A stretch of 64,000 nt of DNA from an uncultured Acidimicrobiales bacterium (GCA_951813555.1 OX638344.1:2854475-2918474); one strand, 5' to 3'. Counted from the stretch's first letter, positions 47,237 to 56,608 are shown. Made by a program: numbers and translations. Notes: generated by a model not told the origin, from the letters alone.

Positions 47237-48478
47237 TTGACGTCCACCGACTACCAGAGCCCCTATCGCCCGATCCCCATCCGGGCGCTCAACCGCCTGG
47301 CCCGCGCCGGGGAGCGCTTCGGGGTCACGGGCCGCTTGGACGTCGACAAGCTGGTCAAACATGCGAGGCGCAAGACCGGGCTCTCCGACTTCGGCGACGA
47401 CGGGCACCTGGAGGCCTTGCGAGTGCTGGTGGAGTCGATCAACGACGAGGCCCAGTTGACTCCCACTGGCCTGCTGATTCAAAAGTCCAGGCTGGCCGGC
47501 GCGTTGATTCAACGGCTGCGCATTCAAGACCTGCTCAAACGACATCCCGAAATCGACGACATCGACCTCGGCACGGTCATCGTGATCACCGGACTTCAGC
47601 GCACCGGCACGACGCTTCTTCACCGCCTCATCTATTCCCACCCCGAGATCCGGGGCATCTCCGGCGAGGAAGCGCTCATACCCGTGGCAGCGGCCGATGC
47701 GCCTGAACGCGCCGAGCGATCCCGAAAGCGGCGGGCGGTGCTGGCCGAGCGGGCGATTTCCTACCTGTCGCCTGATTTCATGGCCGTCCACCCCATCGAC
47801 CGGGAACAGCCCGAGGAAGACGTACTGCTGCTCGACCTCAACTTCATGAGCCAGTCAGCCGAGGCCATCCTGCACGTTCCGAGCTATTCCCGTTGGCTAG
47901 CAGAGCAAGACCACACGGCGACATATGAGTACTTCCGCCGAGTGTTGAAGGTGCTGACCTGGCAGCGGCCGGCCCGGGCCTGGGTGCTCAAGACACCTCA
48001 TCACCTGGAGTACCTCGACGTATTGCTCAAGGTGTTCGGCGGGGCAACGGTCGTGCAGACCCACCGCGATCCCCGGGTGGCCGTCTCCTCCTTTTGCAGC
48101 ATGGTGGCCCACGGTCGGGGCATGTTCAGCGATCACGTGGACCCGGCCGAAATCGGACGCCACTGGTGCGACAAGACGCATCGAATGGTTGAGCGGGCCA
48201 TGAAGACGCGAGCAGAGACCCCCGGCGGTCGATTTGTCGACGTTTCGTACTACGACCTGACCCGCGACCCGATGTCCCAACTCCGGCGGATCTACGAGGT
48301 GGCAGGAATCGAATTCGGCGACGAAGCCCAGGAACTGGCCGAGCAATACGTGGCCGCGAATCCCCAGAACCGCTTCGGAAAGCACCACTATCGGCTAGAA
48401 CACTTCGGTCTGAGCGAGCAGGTCATGGACGAGACTTTCGCGGTGTACCGAGAGGCCTATGCCATCCCCTTCGAATAG
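47237..48478 (+). CDS. Sulfotransferase family protein
   Basis: 5'-PSB-like loop ITGLQRTGTTLLHRLI and 3'-PB-like THRDPRVAVSSFCS. TTG start 2 nt after the preceding stop. Confidence 0.8.
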   Translation: MTSTDYQSPYRPIPIRALNRLARAGERFGVTGRLDVDKLVKHARRKTGLSDFGDDGHLEALRVLVESINDEAQLTPTGLLIQKSRLAGALIQRLRIQDLLKRHPEIDDIDLGTVIVITGLQRTGTTLLHRLIYSHPEIRGISGEEALIPVAAADAPERAERSRKRRAVLAERAISYLSPDFMAVHPIDREQPEEDVLLLDLNFMSQSAEAILHVPSYSRWLAEQDHTATYEYFRRVLKVLTWQRPARAWVLKTPHHLEYLDVLLKVFGGATVVQTHRDPRVAVSSFCSMVAHGRGMFSDHVDPAEIGRHWCDKTHRMVERAMKTRAETPGGRFVDVSYYDLTRDPMSQLRRIYEVAGIEFGDEAQELAEQYVAANPQNRFGKHHYRLEHFGLSEQVMDETFAVYREAYAIPFE

Positions 48479-48481
48479 GCC
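48463..48481. repeat. 19-bp direct repeat (sulfotransferase 3' end), copy 1; copy 2 at 49438-49456
   Basis: catccccttcgaataggcc is identical at both positions, and the sequences diverge immediately after it. Confidence 0.9.
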
Positions 48482-48500
48482 ACAAGGTCGGGTAGCTGGC

Positions 48501-49190
48501 TCAGGCCGTCTTCTCGCCAACTAACCAGTCTCTTAGACCGTCGTTAGCATCGGCAGGAACTTCAGGAAATGGCGGATCAGACTCATTATCCACAAGTGCA
48601 AATACTACTCCTCGTTCTGGATGGTCAAGGATCCAGCCCTGCGGCGTGGTGAAGTACCATTCATTGCCGTCGTTCCGAGTGTTCCACCAAACGCCTTCGA
48701 GAGGGTCGTTGTTTGGCTGCAAATAGATAACGTTTCGAGAGCCTATAGGCAGTACAGAACGAAGCTGTGCAATATCCGAATCCATTGGTCTAGGCAACTG
48801 AACGTAATATCTCGTCCTGTCCTCCGTCTCAAATACAAGATTTAGAGTCACGCCTTCGGGTTCTGTCACAGAAGCGCCAAAGAAACGTCCGTTCTCGATA
48901 TCAACCAGCGTCGCTTCAACGACGACTGTTGAACGCTTGGCCAGATCCTCGACTGTGGTAGCCGGGTTGTAGTCAAATGCAAAGGACTGAAAGTACGAGT
49001 CGTAGGAATAGGAGAATGCTCCCTCGGACTCGGCGTTGGAACCACATGCAACCGCTATCAGGGCTGCGATGGCGAATGCAAGATATTGAAGCAGATGAAC
49101 GTGGATATGGCGACTAGCCGGCCTCTGAACTGTTGGATGTGGGCCTAGTGCTGCGGTTGCAAGCGCTGAATGTGACTTCATAGTCTCCAT
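48501..49190 (-). CDS. Hypothetical lipoprotein on a low-GC islet
   Basis: METMKSHS...LAFAIAALIAVACGS (lipobox). There is an AG-rich stretch (agaaagaga) just before the ATG. Hand-counted GC is 53% at 48601-48660 and 42% at 48721-48780. I recognised no known domain. Confidence 0.6.
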   Translation of the reverse strand: METMKSHSALATAALGPHPTVQRPASRHIHVHLLQYLAFAIAALIAVACGSNAESEGAFSYSYDSYFQSFAFDYNPATTVEDLAKRSTVVVEATLVDIENGRFFGASVTEPEGVTLNLVFETEDRTRYYVQLPRPMDSDIAQLRSVLPIGSRNVIYLQPNNDPLEGVWWNTRNDGNEWYFTTPQGWILDHPERGVVFALVDNESDPPFPEVPADANDGLRDWLVGEKTA

Positions 49191-49233
49191 TCTCTTTCTT
49201 CTGCTTGCAACCATAATGTGGATACACGGCTTG

Positions 49234-49281
49234 AAAAAAGGGAGTTTCAAAACATGACAAGTTGTCGTCATGTTTTGAAAC
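49234..49281 (-). terminator. Canonical hairpin plus T-run (15-bp perfect stem, 8-nt loop) on the minus strand
   Basis: gtttcaaaacatgac (49244-49258) pairs with gtcatgttttgaaac (49267-49281). On the minus strand the stem is followed by TCCC then TTTTTT (A-run at 49234-49239). It lies upstream of the lipoprotein gene, so it may act as an insulator, attenuator or operator. Confidence 0.45.
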
Positions 49282-49334
49282 TTGAAAAGCATGGAACAGG
49301 CATGTAAGTCGGCTGCTCTCGCTCGCAGGCGAGT

Positions 49335-49456
49335 CTGACCGGCCCGCGCCTGGGTGCTCAAGACCTCGCATCACCTGGAGCGCCTTGAAGTATCTTTCGA
49401 GGTGTTCGGCGGCGTGGCGGTCGTGCAGACCCTCCACCATCCCCTTCGAATAGGCC
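49335..49456 (+). pseudogene. Internally deleted sulfotransferase fragment
   Basis: 49341-49432 aligns with 47971-48062 (encodes VLKTSHHLERLEVSFEVFGGVAVVQT versus VLKTPHHLEYLDVLLKVFGGATVVQT). It is joined directly to the last 19 nt of the gene, including the TAG. Confidence 0.75.
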
Positions 49457-49488
49457 GAGTGCTCACCGGCAACGAGGTAGCTTTGGCC

Positions 49489-50487
49489 ATGACACGAGCA
49501 CCAAAGAGGCGCACCGTGGCCAACGCGATTGTTGAGGCGGTTCGTGACTTCCGCAATCTGAAGACACCCGATGTCGAACCGGTCCCCGACGATGTGCGGA
49601 TCGACGGCAAGACGTGTCTGGTGACCGGGGCCAACTGCGGCTTGGGCCGGGCGGCGGCCATTGAACTGGCCCGGCGGGGCGGCAACATGATCCTGGCCTG
49701 CCGCCCCGGCCACGACGAAACCTGCGATGAGATCAGGGAGGCGTCTGGATCTGAGACCGTGGAGATGCTTGAGGTGGATCTGGCCGATGTCCGCTCGGTG
49801 CATCGCTGCTGCGACGAGATGCAACGACGCGGCATCCGCATCAGCATCGCACTCATGAACGCCGGCCTGATGACGCCCACCGCGCGGGAGACCCCGCAGG
49901 GGTACGACACCATGTTCGCGGTCCACTTCCTGTCCAAGCGAGTGATGATCGACCGATGGCTTCAAGATGGAGTGATCCGTCCCGCGGAGCCGGGCGGCGA
50001 GCCGCCCAGGATCGTGTTCGTCTCATCGGAATCACACCGGTCCGCCGACGCCATCGAGTTCGATCACCTCGGCGAGTACGCCGAATACGGGATCAAGGAG
50101 AGTATGCGGCACTACGGGCTGAGCAAGCTGCTGTTGAGCACCTATGCCACCGAGCTGTCGCGCCGACTGAACCCGAGCGGAACAACCGACGTAGCCGTGC
50201 ACGCCTTGTGCCCTGGTGGCGTCTCCACGAGAATCGCCCGCGACGCTCCGGCGTTGCTGAAGCCGATCGTCAACCCGGTGTTGCGGCTGTTCTTCCGGTC
50301 CCCCGAGAAGGCCATCGCACCGATCACCTACCTCTGCTGCGCTCCAGAAGCAGGCACGTCCACCGGGATGTACCTCCACCTGATGAATCGCAAGCCGGTG
50401 TCGGACAGCGCGGCCAACCCCGACAACGGCGCCAAACTGTGGGAGGACAGCGAAGCCATGGTGGCGAGATCGCGGGACGCCACCTGA
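49489..50487 (+). CDS. SDR family oxidoreductase (retinol-dehydrogenase/WWOX-like)
   Basis: CLVTGANCGLGRAAA, YGLSKLL, 332 aa. The upstream part of the track ORF is the sulfotransferase relic. Confidence 0.85.
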   Translation: MTRAPKRRTVANAIVEAVRDFRNLKTPDVEPVPDDVRIDGKTCLVTGANCGLGRAAAIELARRGGNMILACRPGHDETCDEIREASGSETVEMLEVDLADVRSVHRCCDEMQRRGIRISIALMNAGLMTPTARETPQGYDTMFAVHFLSKRVMIDRWLQDGVIRPAEPGGEPPRIVFVSSESHRSADAIEFDHLGEYAEYGIKESMRHYGLSKLLLSTYATELSRRLNPSGTTDVAVHALCPGGVSTRIARDAPALLKPIVNPVLRLFFRSPEKAIAPITYLCCAPEAGTSTGMYLHLMNRKPVSDSAANPDNGAKLWEDSEAMVARSRDAT

Positions 50488-50511
50488 ACCCTGTTCCTCC
50501 GTCTCTCCGGG

Positions 50512-51387
50512 CTACTTGTCGATGTCCCGGTGGATGACGAGGGGGCGAATACCGAGCTCTCGGTTCTCGACGAGGCGGCGGTTGATGTCCTCGGCCACGA
50601 AGACCGAGCGGTGGTGGCCCCCGGTGCAGCCGAAGGCGATGGTGAGATACGACTTGCCCTCCCGCACATAGGCGGGCACCAGCATGGTCAACAGATCCTC
50701 GGTCTTTTTGAGGAAGGACTCGGCCATGGGCTGGCCGTTGAGCAAGAAGTCCCTCACCGCCTCATCTCGGCCGGTGAGCGGACGGAGCTCCTCCACCCAG
50801 TGGGGGTTGGGCAAAAAGCGGCAGTCCAGCACCAGATCGGCGTCGAGCGGGATGCCGTGCTTGAAGCCGAAGGACATGATCCGGGTGGTCACCGACTCGG
50901 GTCCGGCGTCCAGCTCGAACACCTCGTCGATGAAGCGGTTGAGCTGGTAGATGCTGTACTCGGAGGTGTCCACCACCACGTCGGCTTCGCTGCGGAGATA
51001 GCCCAGGGCCTCCCGCTCGGCCTCGATGGCGTCGGACACCCCCATCGGCGAGGTGCCGGCGAACGGGTGGCGGCGCTTGGTGCTCCCGAACCGCTTCACT
51101 AACTCGGGGGTGGAGGCGTCGAGGAAGAGGATCCTCACCGAACCCTCGGACGAGGCCTTGAGGTCGGCCAGCGCAGGAGCTACTTCTTCGTGGTAGAGGT
51201 TCAATCCCAGCACCAAGCCCACTCGGGAGATGCCGCTGTCAGCGGCGTCGGCGAACTCTCTAACCTTGGGCAGCAGTGCGGGCGGCAAGTTGTCCACCAC
51301 GTACCAGCCCAGGTCTTCGAAGTGGTTGGCGGCCTGCGACCGGCCCGCCCCCGACATCCCGGTGATCACCACGAACTCGGCCACCAC
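50512..51387 (-). CDS. rapZ: RNase adapter protein RapZ (YvcJ-type P-loop NTPase)
   Basis: FVVITGMSGAGRSQAANHFEDLGWYVVDNLPPALL ... GCTGGHHRSV. Confidence 0.92.
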   Translation of the reverse strand: MVAEFVVITGMSGAGRSQAANHFEDLGWYVVDNLPPALLPKVREFADAADSGISRVGLVLGLNLYHEEVAPALADLKASSEGSVRILFLDASTPELVKRFGSTKRRHPFAGTSPMGVSDAIEAEREALGYLRSEADVVVDTSEYSIYQLNRFIDEVFELDAGPESVTTRIMSFGFKHGIPLDADLVLDCRFLPNPHWVEELRPLTGRDEAVRDFLLNGQPMAESFLKKTEDLLTMLVPAYVREGKSYLTIAFGCTGGHHRSVFVAEDINRRLVENRELGIRPLVIHRDIDK

Positions 51388-51452
51388 TTCAGGCTAATGG
51401 CCGAGATGGGACTGCTCAGGCTCTTTCGCGAACTCCAGTGCGAAAGGGCAGG

Positions 51453-52205
51453 TCAAACCGCCTGCGGCTCTTTCCGGCACACCAGCACCAGCAGGCGGGG
51501 AATGGTCTCGGCTTGGGGATATTCCGGGGCTGCGGCCAAAAAGCCGGGCGGCGGGGCGGGCTCCAGCATCCGGTCGATGGCCAGCCCCGCGTCCCGCAGC
51601 GCGTTCACGTACCGGCTGAGCGGGCGGTGGACGAACGGCAGGAACACATCCTTTTGCACCTCTTCGATCATCACGCTCTCCCGCAGGTACGGACCGATCC
51701 GCCAGTACTGCTCGGGCGGGTCGAGAATGTGGTCGTCGATCCAGCCGCTGTCTGGGGTTTGCAGCAGCGGATGATTCAAAAACAGCAGGAACCGCCCACC
51801 GTCGCGCAGCATTCGGGCGGCCTCGGCCACCGCGGCGTCCATGGCGTCGATGTGCTCGAAGACCAGGCAGGCCACGGCCGCGTCGAACCGCTGATCGGCC
51901 AGCGGCAGCGCCTCGGCCTGTCCCCTCGCGTAGACCTCTCCCCCTCCTCGGCGGGCGGCCTCGGCTATCTGAGCCCGAGTGGGGTCGACCCCAACCACTA
52001 GGGACGCACCCAGCCCGGCCGCGAGCCGGGAGAGCTGCCCCTCGCCGGCACCGATGTCCAACACCCGGTCGTACCCGGCCAATAGCTCGGCGGCCAGCGG
52101 GACGATCAGCTCGGCGTACTCGGGATCGGCCCCATCGGTGCACTGCGCCTGCCACCACCCGGCGTGTTGCTCCCACAGGTTCTCGCCCGGGAGTTCTTCA
52201 TTCAT
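51453..52205 (-). CDS. Class I SAM-dependent methyltransferase
   Basis: Motif I VLDIGAGEGQL, then FDAAVACLVFEHI. Its ATG overlaps the uvrC stop (ATGA at 52202-52205). Confidence 0.8.
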   Translation of the reverse strand: MNEELPGENLWEQHAGWWQAQCTDGADPEYAELIVPLAAELLAGYDRVLDIGAGEGQLSRLAAGLGASLVVGVDPTRAQIAEAARRGGGEVYARGQAEALPLADQRFDAAVACLVFEHIDAMDAAVAEAARMLRDGGRFLLFLNHPLLQTPDSGWIDDHILDPPEQYWRIGPYLRESVMIEEVQKDVFLPFVHRPLSRYVNALRDAGLAIDRMLEPAPPPGFLAAAPEYPQAETIPRLLVLVCRKEPQAV

Positions 52206-54061
52206 TGCGGGCCGTGAAGCTTCTCGTACACCGCACAGGCCACCGCGTCGGGGAGCCAGCGCAGCTCCAACAGGTCGTCGAGTGAGGCCCGCTCCACCGC
52301 CCGCACTCCGCCCAGCTCTTTGACCAGGCGGGTTCTGCGGGTTGGACCGAGGCCCTCGATCCCATCGAGCGACGACTTGGTCATCCGCTTGCCCCGCAGT
52401 TGGCGGTGGTAGTCGTTGGCGAAGCGGTGGCTCTCGTCCCGGATGCGCTGGAGCAGGTACAGGCTCTCCGATGGCCGGGGTATCTCCACCGGGTGGGGTT
52501 GGCCGGGCACGAAGACCTGCTCGAACTCCTTGGCCAACCCGGCCGGAAAGATCTCCCCGTCGAGGCCCAGCTCGGCCAGCACCCGCTCGGCCACACCCAG
52601 TTGGCCCTTGCCGCCGTCCACCACCAGCAGCTGGGGCGGATAGGCGAACTTCCCCCGCTCCTCCACCGGGCGGTCCCGCTCGGCCAGGTAGTTTGACAGC
52701 CTGCGGGTGAGCACTTCCTCCATGGCCGCGTAGTCGTCGTTGCCGTCCACCGTGCGCACCTTGAAGCGGCGGTATTCCGACTTGCGGGGCAGCCCGTCTT
52801 CCATGACCACCATCGAGCCCACGTAATCGGACCCCTGGAGGTGGCTCATGTCGTAGCACTCGATCCGCAGGGGGGCCTCGGGCAGAGCCAGGCACTCCTG
52901 AAGGTCGTTGAGGGCCCGTGCTCGGCTGTTGTGGTCGGAGGTCCGCTTGAGCCGGTGGCGGGCAAACGCATCGGCCGCGTTGCGGGCCACCGTCTCCTGG
53001 AGCTTGCGCTTGGCCCCCCGCTGGGGCACCGAGATGCCCACCTTCGACCCCCGCTGCTCTCGCAGCCACTCCTCATATAGTTCCTGGTTGTCGGGCAGGT
53101 CGGGCACCAGTACCTGCTTGGGGCCGCCCAGCGGGTTCTCCTCGAAATACAGCCGCTCCAGAACCCGGCTCACCAGCTCGGGGCGGCTGAGTTGGCCGGC
53201 CTTGTCCACGATGAAACCACGGCGGCCCATCACCCGGCCCTTGCGCACGTAGAACACCTGGCAGGCGGCCTCCAGCTCGTCGTCCACCAGGCCGATCACG
53301 TCGTAGTCCTCCGAGCGGCCCCCCACCATCTCCTGGCCCTCGATGGCCTTGCGCACGCTGGCCAGCCGGTCCCGGCAGCGGGCGGCCTGCTCGAACTCCA
53401 GGGCGGCCGCGGCCTGGGCCATGTCGTCCTCCAGCCGCTTGACCACCTCCTCGGTGTCGCCGCCGAGGAAGGCCAGCAAATCGTCCACCATCTCGTCGTA
53501 GTGCTCCCGCTCCACCTCGCCCACGCACGGCCCCGCGCACTTCTCGATGTGGTAAAGCAGGCAGGGCCGGCCCAGCCGGGCGTGGTGGTTGAACTTGTTG
53601 TCGCTGCATGTGCGGATGGGAAATGTGCGCAGCAGCTGGTCGAGGGTCTCCCGGATGGCGTAGGCGTGGCCATAGGGGCCGAAATAGCGGTTGCCCTTCT
53701 TCTTGCGACCCCGGATGACCATGGCCCGGGGCCACTCGTCCATCATGGTCACACACAGGAACGGGTAGCTCTTGTCGTCCCGGTAGCGGACGTTGTACCG
53801 GGGCTGGTGCTGCTGAATGAGGCTGTACTCCAGCATCAGCGCTTCCACCTCGGTATCCACCTGAATCCACTCCACTGACTCGGCCTCGGCCACCATCTGA
53901 GCGGTGCGGGGGGGCAGGTAGGCCGGGTTCTGGAAGTAGCTGCCCAGCCGGGACCGCAGGTTCTTGGCCTTGCCCACGTAGATGAGCCGTCCGTGCCGGT
54001 CCTTGAACTGGTATGAACCCGCGGCGTCGGGGATGGTGCCAGGGGGCGGGCGGTTCAACAT
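52202..54061 (-). CDS. uvrC: Excinuclease ABC subunit C
   Basis: GIY-YIG start GSYQFKDRHGRLIYVGKAKNLRSR, UVR domain, C-terminal HhH. 619 aa. Confidence 0.95.
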   Translation of the reverse strand: MLNRPPPGTIPDAAGSYQFKDRHGRLIYVGKAKNLRSRLGSYFQNPAYLPPRTAQMVAEAESVEWIQVDTEVEALMLEYSLIQQHQPRYNVRYRDDKSYPFLCVTMMDEWPRAMVIRGRKKKGNRYFGPYGHAYAIRETLDQLLRTFPIRTCSDNKFNHHARLGRPCLLYHIEKCAGPCVGEVEREHYDEMVDDLLAFLGGDTEEVVKRLEDDMAQAAAALEFEQAARCRDRLASVRKAIEGQEMVGGRSEDYDVIGLVDDELEAACQVFYVRKGRVMGRRGFIVDKAGQLSRPELVSRVLERLYFEENPLGGPKQVLVPDLPDNQELYEEWLREQRGSKVGISVPQRGAKRKLQETVARNAADAFARHRLKRTSDHNSRARALNDLQECLALPEAPLRIECYDMSHLQGSDYVGSMVVMEDGLPRKSEYRRFKVRTVDGNDDYAAMEEVLTRRLSNYLAERDRPVEERGKFAYPPQLLVVDGGKGQLGVAERVLAELGLDGEIFPAGLAKEFEQVFVPGQPHPVEIPRPSESLYLLQRIRDESHRFANDYHRQLRGKRMTKSSLDGIEGLGPTRRTRLVKELGGVRAVERASLDDLLELRWLPDAVACAVYEKLHGPQ

Positions 54062-54284
54062 GCTGGTTCCATCCTATGAGCCGAGCAGCCGTCGCTTGTC
54101 TTCTCGTATGGGCTCGACTTCCCCTTTTCTTTGGGGGATTGGGGCGGATATGATTTCTATCCACGCCGGCCAGGTATCCGGCGACATATCTAACTCTGAG
54201 GCCGACATCCCCGTGGCGAGGCGACCTGGCTGCCCCCACCGGCCGTTAATTGGAGTTCTCCTACCTCACGGAGGTTCCCAAAAC

Positions 54285-55379
54285 ATGTTGCGCGTTCAGC
54301 GACCGCTTCCCGAGCGGTACACAACGGCACCGCCCGAGCAGTTGTCGGGCTGGATCGCCGACGCCAAGGAGGCCTTGGGCGACCGGCTGTTCATTCTCGG
54401 ACACCACTACCAACGAGATGAGGTCATGGCGTGGGCCGATGCCCGGGGCGACTCCTTCCGGCTGTCAGTGCTGGCCCAGCAGCGACCTGAAGCCGAATAC
54501 ATCGTGTTCTGCGGCGTGCACTTTATGGCCGAGTCGGCCGACATCTTGACCGGCGACCACCAGCAGGTGGTGCTTCCCGACCTGAACGCGGGCTGCTCCA
54601 TGGCCGACATGGCTGATATCGACCAGGTGGAAGAGGCCTGGGAGGAGCTGTCGCGGGTAACCGACATCGATCGGGTGGTGCCCATCACCTACATGAACTC
54701 GGCCGCCAACCTGAAGGCGTTCGTGGCCCGCCACAGCGGGGCGGTGTGCACGTCGTCCAACGCCCGAGCGGTGCTCTCCTGGGCCCTGGAGCGGGGCGAC
54801 CAGGTGCTGTTCTTCCCCGACCAGCACCTGGGGCGCAACACCGGCTTCGACATGGGATACAACGAGAGCAACATGGCGGTGTGGAATCCCCGCTTTGATG
54901 TGGGAGGACTGTCCGAGACCGAGTGCAAAGAGTCGGTGCTGCTGCTGTGGAGGGGGCACTGCTCGGTGCACCAGCGGTTCCAACCTGACCATGTGGCCGC
55001 TTTCCGGGCCGAGCACCCCGACGGCATTGTGGTGGTCCACCCCGAGTGCAGCCGGGAGGTGTGCGCCCTGGCCGACCAGGTAGGCTCCACCGACTACATC
55101 ATCAAGGCAGTGGCCGCGGCGCCGGCTGGCTCGGTAATCGGCGTGGGCACCGAGATCCACCTGGTGAACCGGCTGAACAACGAGACGCCGGACAAGACGG
55201 TGATTTCCCTCGATCCGCTGATCTGCCCGTGCTCGACCATGTTCCGCATCGACGCCGCCCATCTGGCCTGGACGCTGGAAGGCCTGGTGGAGGGCAAGGT
55301 CCGCAACCGCATCAACGTGGACCCTGATATCGCGGCTGATGCCCGCATCGCCCTCGACCGGATGCTGAGTATTACCTAG
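54285..55379 (+). CDS. nadA: Quinolinate synthase
   Basis: ILGHHYQRDEV...FCGVHFMAESADIL...PECS...CPCSTM cluster-ligand pattern. ATG at 54285; the upstream part of the track ORF is non-coding. Confidence 0.9.
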   Translation: MLRVQRPLPERYTTAPPEQLSGWIADAKEALGDRLFILGHHYQRDEVMAWADARGDSFRLSVLAQQRPEAEYIVFCGVHFMAESADILTGDHQQVVLPDLNAGCSMADMADIDQVEEAWEELSRVTDIDRVVPITYMNSAANLKAFVARHSGAVCTSSNARAVLSWALERGDQVLFFPDQHLGRNTGFDMGYNESNMAVWNPRFDVGGLSETECKESVLLLWRGHCSVHQRFQPDHVAAFRAEHPDGIVVVHPECSREVCALADQVGSTDYIIKAVAAAPAGSVIGVGTEIHLVNRLNNETPDKTVISLDPLICPCSTMFRIDAAHLAWTLEGLVEGKVRNRINVDPDIAADARIALDRMLSIT

Positions 55380-56542
55380 CTGTCCCGGTCCACGCTCAAC
55401 TCGGCGTAGCGCTCCACCGCGTGGTGATAGTGCTGCAAGCTCGGCTCATTGCGCCCGAACAGCACCTCGGCGGTGGCTCCGCTCTTGAGGGCTTTCTGGA
55501 TCTGGAAGCCGACCCAGTAGTCCTCGTCGCGCACCGCCTGGAGTACTAGGGCGCTGAACTGCTCGGCTGCCTCGCGCTCTTCATCAGTGGACGGCTCGTG
55601 GCGGCACAGCACCGTCTGGACGGTGAGGCTGGTGTCGACGGTCGGGCCCGGAAACAGCTGGCTCAGCAGGCAGTAGTCGCCCAGGATCCCGGAGATCGAG
55701 ACGTTGGGGAAGATCGAGTGGATCAGGCGGATGTGCTCGTCTAGGTCCCACTCGCTTTCGGGCTGGCCGACCAGCTTGGGCAGCGACTTGCGGCCGAACA
55801 CGATGCGCTGGTGGGGACCCCAGGTGTCGTGGGCCATGAGATTGCCGATGGTGTTCAGCCCCACGGTCTTGGGGTGGAGCCGCTCCTGGTGGTAGCCCTC
55901 GAGGTAGCCGTCCCATGCCACCTTCCAGCCCGGGCCGTCGAGGGTGCGCTGCTCGAAGATGTGCCACTGGTCGAGGTCGAGGGCGGCAACGTAGGGGCCG
56001 AAGTCGCCCAAGAAGGTGTCGATGTCGAAGGTGACGCCGGGGGTGAGGCAGGCGAATACGAAGCCAGCTTTCTCGGCACAGGCCAGTGGGGTGAGCGAGA
56101 GGTGGTCTCGGTCGACATCGCCGAAGGTGTGGGCGCCGAACATGCCCACTAGGTCGCCGGCGGTGTCGTAGGACCAGGCGTGGTAAGGGCAGCTCAGCCG
56201 TTGAGCCGACCCCGACCCGGGCTCGCACAGCGGCGACCCCCGGTGGCGGCAGACATTCAGAAATGCCCGGGCCGCGCCGTCGGCACCTCGAGTGAGCAGC
56301 ACCGGAACGCCCATGACGTCCATGGCCTTGTAGCTGTCCGGGGCGGGAAGCTCCGATCCCAGAGCCAGCGCCAGGGGCAGATGTTTGAAGATGCGATCAG
56401 ACTCGAACTCGAAGCGGCCTTGATCGAGGTAGGCCTGAACCGACTGGCGCATTACGTCGGGGGCCAGGTCGGTGGTGTTGTCCTGCCACAGATCGAAGAC
56501 CCGGCGGGTCAAGTCCCGGATCGCGTCGTCGGTGTAGGCCAT
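55376..56542 (-). CDS. Rieske [2Fe-2S] aromatic-ring-hydroxylating oxygenase alpha subunit
   Basis: CRHRGSPLC and CPYHAWSY. 388 aa. It is convergent with nadA and shares the CTAG stop overlap. Confidence 0.85.
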   Translation of the reverse strand: MAYTDDAIRDLTRRVFDLWQDNTTDLAPDVMRQSVQAYLDQGRFEFESDRIFKHLPLALALGSELPAPDSYKAMDVMGVPVLLTRGADGAARAFLNVCRHRGSPLCEPGSGSAQRLSCPYHAWSYDTAGDLVGMFGAHTFGDVDRDHLSLTPLACAEKAGFVFACLTPGVTFDIDTFLGDFGPYVAALDLDQWHIFEQRTLDGPGWKVAWDGYLEGYHQERLHPKTVGLNTIGNLMAHDTWGPHQRIVFGRKSLPKLVGQPESEWDLDEHIRLIHSIFPNVSISGILGDYCLLSQLFPGPTVDTSLTVQTVLCRHEPSTDEEREAAEQFSALVLQAVRDEDYWVGFQIQKALKSGATAEVLFGRNEPSLQHYHHAVERYAELSVDRDS

Positions 56543-56608
56543 CGGTCAACCCTACCTAGTGGGGAAATCTGACTTGGAACTAGACACGGCGGCTGTTGCG
56601 GCCCTTCT

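Noticed and set aside
54146-54162. GGATA-N7-TATCC dyad in the uvrC/nadA divergent region as a possible NAD regulator site
   Set aside because: It has short 5-bp arms and matches no NrtR/NadR-type motif that I can recall, so I cannot distinguish it from chance.
51394-54239. Long Arg/Pro/Gly-rich ORFs (51394-52176, the upstream part of 51453-53069, and 53073-54239) overlapping uvrC and the methyltransferase
   Set aside because: They are alternative frames of well-supported genes with extreme low-complexity composition. The true methyltransferase start is the ATG at 52205, coupled to the uvrC stop.
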